DNA from: Candidatus Zambryskibacteria bacterium RIFCSPLOWO2_01_FULL_39_39
Lineage (GTDB): Bacteria; Patescibacteriota; Minisyncoccia; Phycocordibacterales; WO2-35-19
Reading direction: 5' to 3'
Assembly (NCBI GenBank): GCA_001823925.1
Contig: MHWB01000004.1
Span: 22,390-86,389 of the forward strand
DNA length: 64,000 bases
Shown in pieces: positions 38,776-48,159 of this stretch. How positions within the stretch are numbered: position 1 is the first letter of the stretch; every line of letters begins with the position of its first letter. The translations under genes were made by a program, and so were the position numbers. Below the pieces are notes generated by a model that was not told the origin of the DNA, did no database searches, and saw only the letters and a program-made list of their open reading frames with translations.

Positions 38776-39819
38776 TTAAAAAAATATTTTAGCCAGAGAA
38801 AGTACACCCTGCTTCCAAGGGACACGATGGTTAACACCGCTTTTACCCTTAAACTCACTTCGATGAGAGAGGTACCATTCGTAATTTCGTATCAGCGCAT
38901 CTTTGTTTGAATATTTCGGATTCCAACCGAGTATTTTTTGGGCTTTTTCGATTGACACGAAGCTGTCTCTGGAAGCTGTCTCGTAAACCCATTTATAAAG
39001 AGGTGAAAGATGTAAGGCTTCAAGAACACGCAGGATCCAAATCATAGGAGAAGCGGGGAAACCTTTTATTTTTTTACCAAAACCGGCGTAATCCAAAACC
39101 GCCTGATAATCTTCTCTCATAGTAGTAAATTCTTTGGCACCAAAATTAAACATATCATTTACTTTTTCTTTTTCCAGAGTGGAACATAAATATATCCCAT
39201 CGCAAAAATCCTCCACATCCATCAATTGATAACGGTTGTGTCCAAAACCAATCATCGGAAATCCATGTCCCGTAGAAGCCCAATCATAAAAGAGAGCAAA
39301 CACCCCAAGACGCTCCGGTCCGATAAAAGATTTTGGTCTAAGTATTGACACAATCATTCCTTTTTTCCTAAAATCCAGACAGATTTTTTCGGCGGCAATC
39401 TTGGCTTTTCCGTATTCCCCCACTCCATCCAATTTGTCTGTTTCGTAAAGGGGATGGTGGTCCGGTATTCCATAGACCGCAGTCGAAGAAATATGAATCA
39501 CTCTCTGAATACCGTTGTCTTTTGCTGCTTGACAGACATTTCTTGTGCCATCAATGTCAGTTGTACGTATATCTTCGGCTTTATACAGAGGCAGAGCCGC
39601 CGCCATATGAATAACGATATCTGTCCCTTTCATACTTTCTGTCAAAAATTCCAGATTGCGTATATCCCCCATTACCCACCTTACTTTGTTTTTTTCTGGA
39701 TAATCAAAGGGTAACAGGTCATAAGAAATAATTTCGTGCCCATTTTTGAGTAAAAATCTTACCATATTGATGCCCAAAAAACCTGACCCGCCGGTAATAA
39801 AATAAGTCATATTAAACAA
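38776..39819 (-). CDS. NAD-dependent epimerase/dehydratase
   Basis: TGGSGFLG, 'SSTAVYG', YGKAK; the start may be ATG 39810. Confidence 0.88.
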   Translation of the reverse strand: MFNMTYFITGGSGFLGINMVRFLLKNGHEIISYDLLPFDYPEKNKVRWVMGDIRNLEFLTESMKGTDIVIHMAAALPLYKAEDIRTTDIDGTRNVCQAAKDNGIQRVIHISSTAVYGIPDHHPLYETDKLDGVGEYGKAKIAAEKICLDFRKKGMIVSILRPKSFIGPERLGVFALFYDWASTGHGFPMIGFGHNRYQLMDVEDFCDGIYLCSTLEKEKVNDMFNFGAKEFTTMREDYQAVLDYAGFGKKIKGFPASPMIWILRVLEALHLSPLYKWVYETASRDSFVSIEKAQKILGWNPKYSNKDALIRNYEWYLSHRSEFKGKSGVNHRVPWKQGVLSLAKIFF

Positions 39820-41088
39820 TTATACTAGATAAAATAGCCAAAATATATAAACCCCCCAACTAAGGAAAGAGCCGAGTATTAAGCGATCTTTAAAAACTAA
39901 AATCTCTGGTGATTCCGCTTCGTGAGGATTAGTATATATGTGATTAAGAATCCTAAAAATTGCAAAAACAACAAAGATGGTAGAGTAGACGAGATATGGA
40001 GAATTGTGCTCTGTCACACTCCAAATTCCATATGCAATAATGGCCAAAGATGCCGAGATGCCGAGCATAAAATTGAGAGCTTCACTTGAATAATCATTTA
40101 AAACCAATCTTCTGTTCTCTTTTGTATGTTCCGCCCTCCTTTTGCCGAGAATTACAAACAAGGAACCAAAAAAAACACATACAACAATCCAAGGGGACAC
40201 ATATATTTCAGTAGCTAAACCCCCAGCAATTATTCTAAGAATATAGAACAGTGATATGAGGATTATGTCTAGAACGGCAATATGTTTAAGTTTAAAAGAA
40301 TAAAAAATATTTATAACAACATACAGTAGTATAGGTAAAATTATTGATGGAACCAACATAACCAAATAAAAAATACCTATCGCCAGAAAAAAAATAAGAA
40401 GTATTGCATTCTTTTTAGATATTTCGGCAGAAGCAATTGGACGATTTTTCTTTTTTGGATGCAGACTATCTTGTTTGTAATCTAAAATATCGTTAAAAGT
40501 ATAGACCAGGCTAGAAGCCAAACAAAAAGTGATGAAAACTAGTAAAGTCCTTGAGAACAGAGATGAGTTTAACACTCCAACAGCAAAAAACACCGGCGCA
40601 AATACAAGTAAATTTTTAATCCACTGCCATGGGCGGACCAGTCTTATATACGGCAAAACAGCCCAAACAATATCATCTAGAATATAAGAAAGCTTTGCAA
40701 CCAAAGAATCATCCCGACAACTAAGGTGATCCACTTTTATGAATTTTACTCCTAAAAATTTAGCTAGCAAACCATCTGTAAGATATTTGTCTCCCACTAC
40801 CACCACCCTTTCTTTGTCTATATTTTTTAAAATTTTGTTAAATACTCCAGTAAACGGTTTTTTACAAACCAAATATGAGCATCCGGACATCTCAGCAAAC
40901 TTTTTGGCATTTTCCCATGATCCGTTTGAACACAAATACAAATTATTTCTCTCCTTTAATTTTATAAGTTTATTAAAAACCGATGAGGAAATGTCTTTGT
41001 TTTTATCCAGAGTTAAAGTTCCATCAACATCAATTATAAAAGTATGATTTTCAAAATATTCTATGTCGGTCTCAAGAAAATTTTTCAT
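39820..41088 (-). CDS. HAD (YqeG-like) phosphatase fused to a UbiA-family polyprenyl-phosphate phosphoribosyltransferase
   Basis: N-terminal 'IDVDGTL' and 'VGDKYLTDG'; C-terminal 'RPWQWIKNLLVF', 'YTFNDILD..QD..HP.KK.RPIAS', 'KRRAE'. Confidence 0.88.
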   Translation of the reverse strand: MKNFLETDIEYFENHTFIIDVDGTLTLDKNKDISSSVFNKLIKLKERNNLYLCSNGSWENAKKFAEMSGCSYLVCKKPFTGVFNKILKNIDKERVVVVGDKYLTDGLLAKFLGVKFIKVDHLSCRDDSLVAKLSYILDDIVWAVLPYIRLVRPWQWIKNLLVFAPVFFAVGVLNSSLFSRTLLVFITFCLASSLVYTFNDILDYKQDSLHPKKKNRPIASAEISKKNAILLIFFLAIGIFYLVMLVPSIILPILLYVVINIFYSFKLKHIAVLDIILISLFYILRIIAGGLATEIYVSPWIVVCVFFGSLFVILGKRRAEHTKENRRLVLNDYSSEALNFMLGISASLAIIAYGIWSVTEHNSPYLVYSTIFVVFAIFRILNHIYTNPHEAESPEILVFKDRLILGSFLSWGVYIFWLFYLV

Positions 41089-41089
41089 T

Positions 41090-42580
41090 TTATTTTTTTA
41101 GTCTCCAAATATCAGAAATTATTTTGCCATCCAGATAAAAGGGGCTGTAGTGTGATTGTATCCATTCTTCTGAAAAACAATTTTTCAGCTCCTTTTTGGA
41201 TATGAGCAACCAATCCGGCCTCATTTCTTCAATCATTTTTGGTGGGTATGTAAATTGTAAGGTCTTATCAACACATTTATCTAAAATAGGATAAAATCTT
41301 GAAGCATCCGGATTTATAAGACCAAAAGGATCAATTATATAAGCTCCCGTCGCATATCCGATTGCTCCAAAATTGTTGACCATTACTTTTTCATTGGATT
41401 TTAAAGAAGGTTTGATCTGCCCAGCTATTTCAAATAAACCTAATATTTTGTTGCCCTCGTTATTGTTTGTGGCGAGCCCATACCACCTCACTGCTGGACC
41501 GGAAATTAAAATTAGTGTACAAAGTCCAAGCAACCAAGGTTGTCTGGTTTTAGAAATCAAAACTACTGCTCCGGCAAAAGAAATGAGTATCCAAGCTGGT
41601 TTCAACTGACTGGTATACCAAGGAAACATGACCGGATTTGAAATACTGTAAGAAATAAGATAAGCGAGAGAAATCGCTAAAATAATCCAATTATCCTTAT
41701 TCATTCTTTTTTTAATCCAAACCAACACAAAAAAACAAACAGGTAAAAGATTTACCGCTACTTGCGCGGGAATATTGTCTGGATCAAAGATATTTCCCCA
41801 ATATATTCTGCTTATAGAAGATGTCTGAACCTTAAAAGCTTGAAAACTGGACTGATTAATAATATCGTTGACGTGGAGTTTGGCCATTACAGATTGGGGA
41901 ATTGGGGAGCCAAAATATAGTGTAGCAAAAATAAGCCAGGGTAAAGAGATCCCAATCGTAACAACTGTATATTTTATAGTTTTTCGCAAACCTTCTTTTT
42001 GCCACCAATATATAAAAGCAAGAATAGCAATAAGCCCAGCATCTGGCCTTGTGAGTAAAAGTAGCGAAAGAAATATACTAGAATATATAAATTTTTTCTG
42101 AAGTAAAAAATCAAGGAAAACAAAAAATATAAGAAGGAAGAGAGACGTCTCCATTCCTTGCGGAATAATCCTCCCTGAACTCAAAAAATAAATAGTGGCT
42201 GATATTAAGGCCCATCTATCGGACACAAACCCAGAAGAGAGTCTGTAAAAAAATGCCGCCGACAAAGAAAAAAGGGTAATGTTTACATAGGCCACAAGAT
42301 CTGGAGTGTTTACTATTTGAAAAACATACTTAATGGACGCCAAAAGAAGGGTAAAAAGAGGTGTGGTAGAGCCTAAAATTTTTTCTCCCATATTGTAAAC
42401 AAAACCATCACCTCGAGCTATATTATCAATGTATCTGTATAAAATAAACTGATCATCGCTCGCATAACGCAAAGCACTATTACAATACGAATATATTGTA
42501 AAAAGAGATGCCCCAATAGTAACCAAAATTTCTTTGTTATATATCTTAGAAAGATTTTTAATCATCAATATAATATTCAT
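41090..42580 (-). CDS. GT-C membrane glycosyltransferase (pentofuranosyltransferase-like)
   Basis: 'DD.FI.YRY..N.A.G.GFVYN.GE...G.T.PL', 'GMET', 'TRPD'. Confidence 0.75.
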   Translation of the reverse strand: MNIILMIKNLSKIYNKEILVTIGASLFTIYSYCNSALRYASDDQFILYRYIDNIARGDGFVYNMGEKILGSTTPLFTLLLASIKYVFQIVNTPDLVAYVNITLFSLSAAFFYRLSSGFVSDRWALISATIYFLSSGRIIPQGMETSLFLLIFFVFLDFLLQKKFIYSSIFLSLLLLTRPDAGLIAILAFIYWWQKEGLRKTIKYTVVTIGISLPWLIFATLYFGSPIPQSVMAKLHVNDIINQSSFQAFKVQTSSISRIYWGNIFDPDNIPAQVAVNLLPVCFFVLVWIKKRMNKDNWIILAISLAYLISYSISNPVMFPWYTSQLKPAWILISFAGAVVLISKTRQPWLLGLCTLILISGPAVRWYGLATNNNEGNKILGLFEIAGQIKPSLKSNEKVMVNNFGAIGYATGAYIIDPFGLINPDASRFYPILDKCVDKTLQFTYPPKMIEEMRPDWLLISKKELKNCFSEEWIQSHYSPFYLDGKIISDIWRLKK

Positions 42581-42588
42581 TGCAGTAA

Positions 42589-43302
42589 TCAGAATTTTTT
42601 AAATTTGTAATAAATAATCAAAGGTAACATCCTAAACCCAAGTTTAGCCGCCCTCCAAACACTACCGGTATACATAGATTGGCCAATTCTTTCTTTATAA
42701 ATAACCGGCACCTCAATGAGGTTAACGTCCTTTTTAATAAGCCAGATCATCAACTCTGGAGAAAATTTACCATCACCTTTTGATAACGTAAATAGTGGCT
42801 TTATTTTTTCCAAAGCTTCTCTAGACACCAATTTATAAGTACAGCCAACATCTGTTAAAACTGGACCATTAAATAAAACTTCTATAACTTTGGCCCAAAG
42901 CCAATTGCCAAACCGTACAGGAAAGGGCATAAAAGCTCCCGACCAAATAGCTGATCGTGAGGTGCGAGTCCCCAAGACGGCATCAAATTCTTCGCTATAA
43001 GCTAAAAGTTTCTCAATATCTTTTGGTAAAAAGGTACCATCTGCCTCAGTCATTACAACCAGATCACCAGTGGCTTCATGTATACCACGCATAAGTGCAT
43101 GTCCATACCCCTGTTTATTTTCGTGAACTAGGTGGGCATTAGTTTTTCTCACTTCTTCTTTGGTATTACCGAGCGCATTATTATCAACCACTATAACTTC
43201 ATCAACCAGACCAGTTGCAAAGAAGCCATCTATCACCTCCCTAATACTTTCTGCTTCATTATAAGTGGGTATGACCACGCTTACTTGTTTATTTTTGTAC
43301 AT
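42589..43302 (-). CDS. GT2 glycosyltransferase (DPM1-like)
   Basis: 'VSVVIPTYNE', 'GYG.AL..G', 'EADGT', 'TDVGC'. Confidence 0.88.
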   Translation of the reverse strand: MYKNKQVSVVIPTYNEAESIREVIDGFFATGLVDEVIVVDNNALGNTKEEVRKTNAHLVHENKQGYGHALMRGIHEATGDLVVMTEADGTFLPKDIEKLLAYSEEFDAVLGTRTSRSAIWSGAFMPFPVRFGNWLWAKVIEVLFNGPVLTDVGCTYKLVSREALEKIKPLFTLSKGDGKFSPELMIWLIKKDVNLIEVPVIYKERIGQSMYTGSVWRAAKLGFRMLPLIIYYKFKKF

Positions 43303-44344
43303 TTTGTATTTCTTTAACTAACTTTTCAATTAAAACACTTAGACTATGTTTTTCCAGGACATACTTTTGGAGACTTGCCGATAATACAAATCTTTCCTCA
43401 TTACCTATATCCAATAATGATTCAATCTTTTGGGCAATTTCTGCCACCGTCTCATTCTTTGCAATCATTCTATCATCAATCTCTCCAACTAAAGATTTAT
43501 TAGCAACTACAAGCAGACAACCACAAACCACCGCCTCAAGGATGGTTTTATCAAAACTACCAGAAGGAGTCAGGTTTACAAAGATGTCATGCTCTTTGTA
43601 AATTTTAGGTGTTTCGTGATTAGCTACTCCATTACAAAAATTTATTTTGTCTGCCAATCCTAATTCTTCTACTTTAGTTTTAAGATAATTATAATAGTCT
43701 TCGCCTCCCACGGTTGGATTACCGTAAAAATCACAAACAAAATCTACATTTTTTTTATTTAAAATATTTAGAGCTTCAATCAATAAATCAGGTCTCTTTA
43801 TCGGATCCATCCTAGAAAGAAAAAGGATGCTTCTTTTTCTAGATTCTAGATTCTGGATTCTGGATTCTGGATTAAAAACACCTGTATCAATCCCAACTGG
43901 CATTAAAATCGTCTTTTCATATTTAGCCACAAAAGCAAATTTTGAAGTGCAAAAAACTTTATTGGAAAACCAAACAGCAATTCTTGTAAATAGATTTCCT
44001 AATTGATGATTGCGCCAAAAATAAATTTTTTTTCTCAAAATTTTCCACAAGAAACCTCCGAGTAAAACGTATTCCTGATTCATATGGACAAAAACCGAAT
44101 CGTATTCTTTGTGCAATCCCAAAATCAAATTGAAGAAATTTTTTATATACTTTATTCTGGCTTTGCCAGACTCTTTTCCAAGAGAATAAATTTTTATATT
44201 TTGAGGTAAATCAAACTCTCTCTTTTCTAAGCAAATAACTGTTATTTTTTCAAACTTTTTTGAAAGTTCCAAAATCCAATTATGCATAAAACCCAAAATC
44301 GAATCCTCCTTGTCTACTTTTTGAGTAATTATTAAAAGACGCAT
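43289..44344 (-). CDS. GT4 glycosyltransferase
   Basis: 'GSFDKTILEA' motif; contains a heptamer array at 43837-43871. Confidence 0.85.
   Translation of the reverse strand: MRLLIITQKVDKEDSILGFMHNWILELSKKFEKITVICLEKREFDLPQNIKIYSLGKESGKARIKYIKNFFNLILGLHKEYDSVFVHMNQEYVLLGGFLWKILRKKIYFWRNHQLGNLFTRIAVWFSNKVFCTSKFAFVAKYEKTILMPVGIDTGVFNPESRIQNLESRKRSILFLSRMDPIKRPDLLIEALNILNKKNVDFVCDFYGNPTVGGEDYYNYLKTKVEELGLADKINFCNGVANHETPKIYKEHDIFVNLTPSGSFDKTILEAVVCGCLLVVANKSLVGEIDDRMIAKNETVAEIAQKIESLLDIGNEERFVLSASLQKYVLEKHSLSVLIEKLVKEIQNVQK
43837..43871. repeat. 5 x 7-bp tandem repeat TTCT(A/G)GA inside the GT4 CDS
   Basis: TTCTAGA x2 followed by TTCTGGA x3. Confidence 0.85.
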
Positions 44345-44345
44345 T

Positions 44346-45896
44346 TTAGGATTTATTAAATATAAAAAACTTATAAGAAATAAAATTTTGAATCATCACA
44401 AAGAAGCCGGCAATAATTTGGGAAAAGACGTACCAGATTCCAAATATCTCCACGCATAGAGAGATTAATATGGTGTTGGTTATCACCCCCAAAATAGCCA
44501 CAATAAAGAATTTTGAGAACTGCTGATGAATGTTGCGAGTTTCAATATCTTTAAAAACTACAAATTTTTGTAAAATAAAACTTATTAGCAGGGACACTAA
44601 AAAAGCGATGATCGAGGAGTACAAATACCAAATATCAAATACATCAGTAAAAATATAAATTGAAATTATGTTAGTGGCCGCCGCCGTGATACCGCAAATA
44701 AAATAACGTAAGGCCATAAAAGAATTAAAAGCTGTTTTTTTAAAATTAAAAATTCTTGATATGAAATTTATTTTCTTAAAACCAACAACTGTTTTTGTAA
44801 TAGAATCGGCATAATTTTTAAAATAGTCTTTTTCTGACTGAAGATGTCTATAGGCAGACTCTCTGGCAGATTGCCCCATCTTTTGAGCTAAATTTTTATC
44901 TCTATAAATTTTCAAAATACTTTGAGTAAAACAATTTAAATCTTTAGCATCACAGACGAAAGCTTCTTCTCCATCTTTGAAAACCTCTCCCGCCACGCCA
45001 GTATTGGAAATCACCAATGGTAAACCATAAGTGCCAGCTTCCACCATAGACATTCCATAACCCTCATAAAGCGAAGTAGAAATGTATATATCTGACTCTT
45101 CATAATACTTTTCTAAATTATTTTGCCAACCGGCAAAAATAACTTTTTTCTCAATTCCTAATTCTCTACATAAATTTTCTAAATTTTTTCTTTCGCCACC
45201 ATCCCCAACTATCGTAAAATTAGCTAAAACTCCTAAATCTAAAACTCTTTTAAAAGCTTTTGCGGCTATTTCCAAATTTTTCTCCTTTTCCAGTCGGCAA
45301 ACAGTTAAAATATTCAGTGAATTTAAATTTTCAGAGATTACACTCTTTTTACGATCGTAAGAACATTGTAATTTTGTATAAATGGGCAAGACATCAATAT
45401 TTTTAGAAAAAGTTTCAATTGATTTTTTAATTCTCTCCGAGACCACCCTGACTCTATCGGAATATCTTAGAGTAAATTCAGACATTATAAAACGAATTTT
45501 ATTTAACAGAGATGACCCCTTAAAATATTTATGCGCTAAGTCAGTATGAATTTGGATATGTAATGGTAAACCAAAAAATAGCTTAACCATAGCGCCCACA
45601 ATACCGGTTTCAAATGGGTCCTGACAAGTCAGAACAACATTATCTTTCCCAGAATTTTTTAAAATTTTTCTTATTATCTTTATAAAATCAAAGACATAGA
45701 ACACTCTTACTTTCGATTTACTTGGGTATAAAAACACATTACGAGAAAGAGTTTGATTTTCAAATTTATCTAAGTCTGGTGTAAAAACAACCAAATGTAG
45801 TTCATCAAATATTTTTCCATATTCAATCATCCTCTGTCTAACCGCAGAATTTTCTTCAAATATTTTTTGACCCATTCCTATAGATATAACTTTCAT
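44346..45896 (-). CDS. GT4 glycosyltransferase fused to a C-terminal GtrA-like domain
   Basis: 'YEGYGMSMVEA' GT4 motif; C-terminal 4-TM 'RYFICG..A..TN...F.LQKFVVF' GtrA pattern. Confidence 0.85.
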   Translation of the reverse strand: MKVISIGMGQKIFEENSAVRQRMIEYGKIFDELHLVVFTPDLDKFENQTLSRNVFLYPSKSKVRVFYVFDFIKIIRKILKNSGKDNVVLTCQDPFETGIVGAMVKLFFGLPLHIQIHTDLAHKYFKGSSLLNKIRFIMSEFTLRYSDRVRVVSERIKKSIETFSKNIDVLPIYTKLQCSYDRKKSVISENLNSLNILTVCRLEKEKNLEIAAKAFKRVLDLGVLANFTIVGDGGERKNLENLCRELGIEKKVIFAGWQNNLEKYYEESDIYISTSLYEGYGMSMVEAGTYGLPLVISNTGVAGEVFKDGEEAFVCDAKDLNCFTQSILKIYRDKNLAQKMGQSARESAYRHLQSEKDYFKNYADSITKTVVGFKKINFISRIFNFKKTAFNSFMALRYFICGITAAATNIISIYIFTDVFDIWYLYSSIIAFLVSLLISFILQKFVVFKDIETRNIHQQFSKFFIVAILGVITNTILISLCVEIFGIWYVFSQIIAGFFVMIQNFISYKFFIFNKS

Positions 45897-45900
45897 TTGT

Positions 45901-46959
45901 TTAAATTATTAAAACATTCAAAAATTCATCTGCAATTTGTTCCCACGTATGAACAAAATTAAAGTTTCTGACTTTTTCTTTAGCCTTCTTGTAGCCATTT
46001 TCGGTCAATAAATTTAAAATCGCTGCTTCTATTTCATTTTCATTTAAAGGATCCACAAAAATACCCGCATCCTTTATTCTCTCATACATACCAACTTCTC
46101 TTGTACATATAAAAGGCCTATTAAGTCGTATGGCATCCAAAATCATATTGGGACTTATATCTCCAAAAGAAACCAGGATTACAGCATAGCTATTTTTCAT
46201 TCTTTGCATCAACTCCCCAAATGGTAAGTTGGCAAAAAACAAACTAACTTCTGGATTATCTTTTTGTATTTTTTTGAAGACATTTTCTAGAGTATCCAAA
46301 TTTTTCCCTACAAGCTTTCTTGTTGAGCCAATAAATTCTTTTGCTGTGGGTTCTATATCTTCTTCTTTGTGTCCGTAATAATTTTCTACAATAGAAGTCT
46401 TGCTCTTGTCTAAATTATAAGCATTTATAAAAATATCTCTCTGCCAATCTGTAGAAAATATAATATGAACAGTGTTATGTAATGTCCATTTTGTAAGTCT
46501 AAATACTAACTTCTCCTTAAAAGAGAGGTTGCTTCTTTCTGTACTATAAAAATTCCTAAGCAAAATTTTTCTACCTGTTCTTTCAATATATTGCTCCCAA
46601 AGAAAATCTCCCCCCGTTCTTATTATCATTTTTTTACCAAACAACCCAGAAGCCATAGATGTCGGTAAACCTACACTAAATGTATCCAGTGCAAATATTA
46701 CATCAGCTCTTAAAACAGCCGGAATTATTTTTATAAAAAAGAAAATATGCCTAATACCAGTAGGAAGGCTGTTTTCTATATTAAATGTTTTTATGTATAC
46801 AAAGTGTCCCATCCTTTCGAAAGATTCTTTAAGGTTTAGAGCGTACTGGGCTGGGCCTCCGATTTTGGGTGGATATATGCCGGTTGTAATAAGTATTTTC
46901 ATTCTTTTTTTCATATTTATTCTAAACTTTTTTGAAAACTTCTTTAAACTTTTCTGCAA
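45901..46959 (-). CDS. GT4 glycosyltransferase
   Basis: 'KILITTGIYPP.IGGPA.Y', 'DISPNMILDA'; the true start is probably near 46914. Confidence 0.85.
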   Translation of the reverse strand: MQKSLKKFSKKFRINMKKRMKILITTGIYPPKIGGPAQYALNLKESFERMGHFVYIKTFNIENSLPTGIRHIFFFIKIIPAVLRADVIFALDTFSVGLPTSMASGLFGKKMIIRTGGDFLWEQYIERTGRKILLRNFYSTERSNLSFKEKLVFRLTKWTLHNTVHIIFSTDWQRDIFINAYNLDKSKTSIVENYYGHKEEDIEPTAKEFIGSTRKLVGKNLDTLENVFKKIQKDNPEVSLFFANLPFGELMQRMKNSYAVILVSFGDISPNMILDAIRLNRPFICTREVGMYERIKDAGIFVDPLNENEIEAAILNLLTENGYKKAKEKVRNFNFVHTWEQIADEFLNVLII

Positions 46960-48109
46960 TCAGATTCCAATCATATTTTTCTTTTGCTAGCTTATAGGCA
47001 TTTTCTAAGATCTTTTCTTTATTCGTATCTTCTAAAACCCTTACTACCGTTTTAGATATACTTTCTGGATTATTAGGCTCACAAAAATATCCTGTCTGTA
47101 TTTCCATCCCACTTCGCATCTCCTTCCGGTCGAGCTTCGCGGGATCTACGAGAAAATCTACAATGCCACCAACTGGAGTTGCTATCACAGGGATTCTTGA
47201 TGCAAAAGCTTCTATAAAAGAATTACCCATACCTTCAGATAAAGATGGGCGGATAAAGACATCACAAGCTTTCAAATATTTTGGCAGATTTTCGTGTGAG
47301 ACATTGCCCGCAAAAATTACTCTATTTTCTAGCTTCAAGCTTCTAGCTTCAAGCTTCAAGCTTTTTTCTAGTTCTCCCTCTCCACAAATTAAAAATTTAA
47401 TATTTTCTGCTAAACTAGGCAAGGATTTTATGACATCCCCCACCCCATTTTTAGTAACAAGACGTGAGGTAGTAACAAGTATGATGTCTTCTTTCTTTAG
47501 ATTAAAACTTTCTCTTATTTTTATTCTCTCTTCTTCAGACAATTGAATATCAAATCTGCTTACATCAACGCCGTTTGGGATTACCCATATCTCCCCTTTA
47601 TATCCAAACCTCTCTGCCCGATCCTTAAGAAACTGACTAAGCACAGTAAGATAAGAGGTCCTCTTAAGTGCCATCTTCCAAGATAGGTCTATTAAGCCCA
47701 ACCACCTTCTGCTGAAATGTTCCTCAGAATCACCTTCCTGTAGATTCAAAACTATAGGTGTTTTCTTTCTAGAAAAAATATTGGATATATAAGCTGCACC
47801 CGATGCAAAAGTTGCCATCACACACCAAAATGCTTTGTAGTCATTTCTCTTTTGTAAATACCTCGCAAATAGAGCCCCTTCAAAAGGTAATGAGAGCTTA
47901 TCAATCAGTGGAACCCCTACCCCAAGTCGATAAACTGTAACATTACCAATTCTCTCTTTAAAAGGAAGTTTTTTGGAAAATCTTGCGGTAATCAGATCAA
48001 ACTGTATATCAGGAATCCTATCTGTTATTTCCTTTATAGCAACCTCTGCCCCACCCACCAACGGATAGTAGGCAGTTGAAAATATGAGTATTTTTCTAAT
48101 TTTTTCCAC
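46922..48109 (-). CDS. GT4 glycosyltransferase
   Basis: 'YYPLVGGAE', 'RPSLSEGMGNSFIEA', 'TPVGGI.D'. Confidence 0.9.
   Translation of the reverse strand: MEKIRKILIFSTAYYPLVGGAEVAIKEITDRIPDIQFDLITARFSKKLPFKERIGNVTVYRLGVGVPLIDKLSLPFEGALFARYLQKRNDYKAFWCVMATFASGAAYISNIFSRKKTPIVLNLQEGDSEEHFSRRWLGLIDLSWKMALKRTSYLTVLSQFLKDRAERFGYKGEIWVIPNGVDVSRFDIQLSEEERIKIRESFNLKKEDIILVTTSRLVTKNGVGDVIKSLPSLAENIKFLICGEGELEKSLKLEARSLKLENRVIFAGNVSHENLPKYLKACDVFIRPSLSEGMGNSFIEAFASRIPVIATPVGGIVDFLVDPAKLDRKEMRSGMEIQTGYFCEPNNPESISKTVVRVLEDTNKEKILENAYKLAKEKYDWNLIAEKFKEVFKKV
47327..47361. repeat. 5 x 7-bp tandem repeat TTC(T/A)AGC inside the GT4 CDS
   Basis: TTCTAGC TTCAAGC TTCTAGC TTCAAGC TTCAAGC. Confidence 0.85.
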
Positions 48110-48159
48110 TCCTTAACTATATCAAAATCCTTATTTTTAGCCACCTAAAAGAAAAGTTT

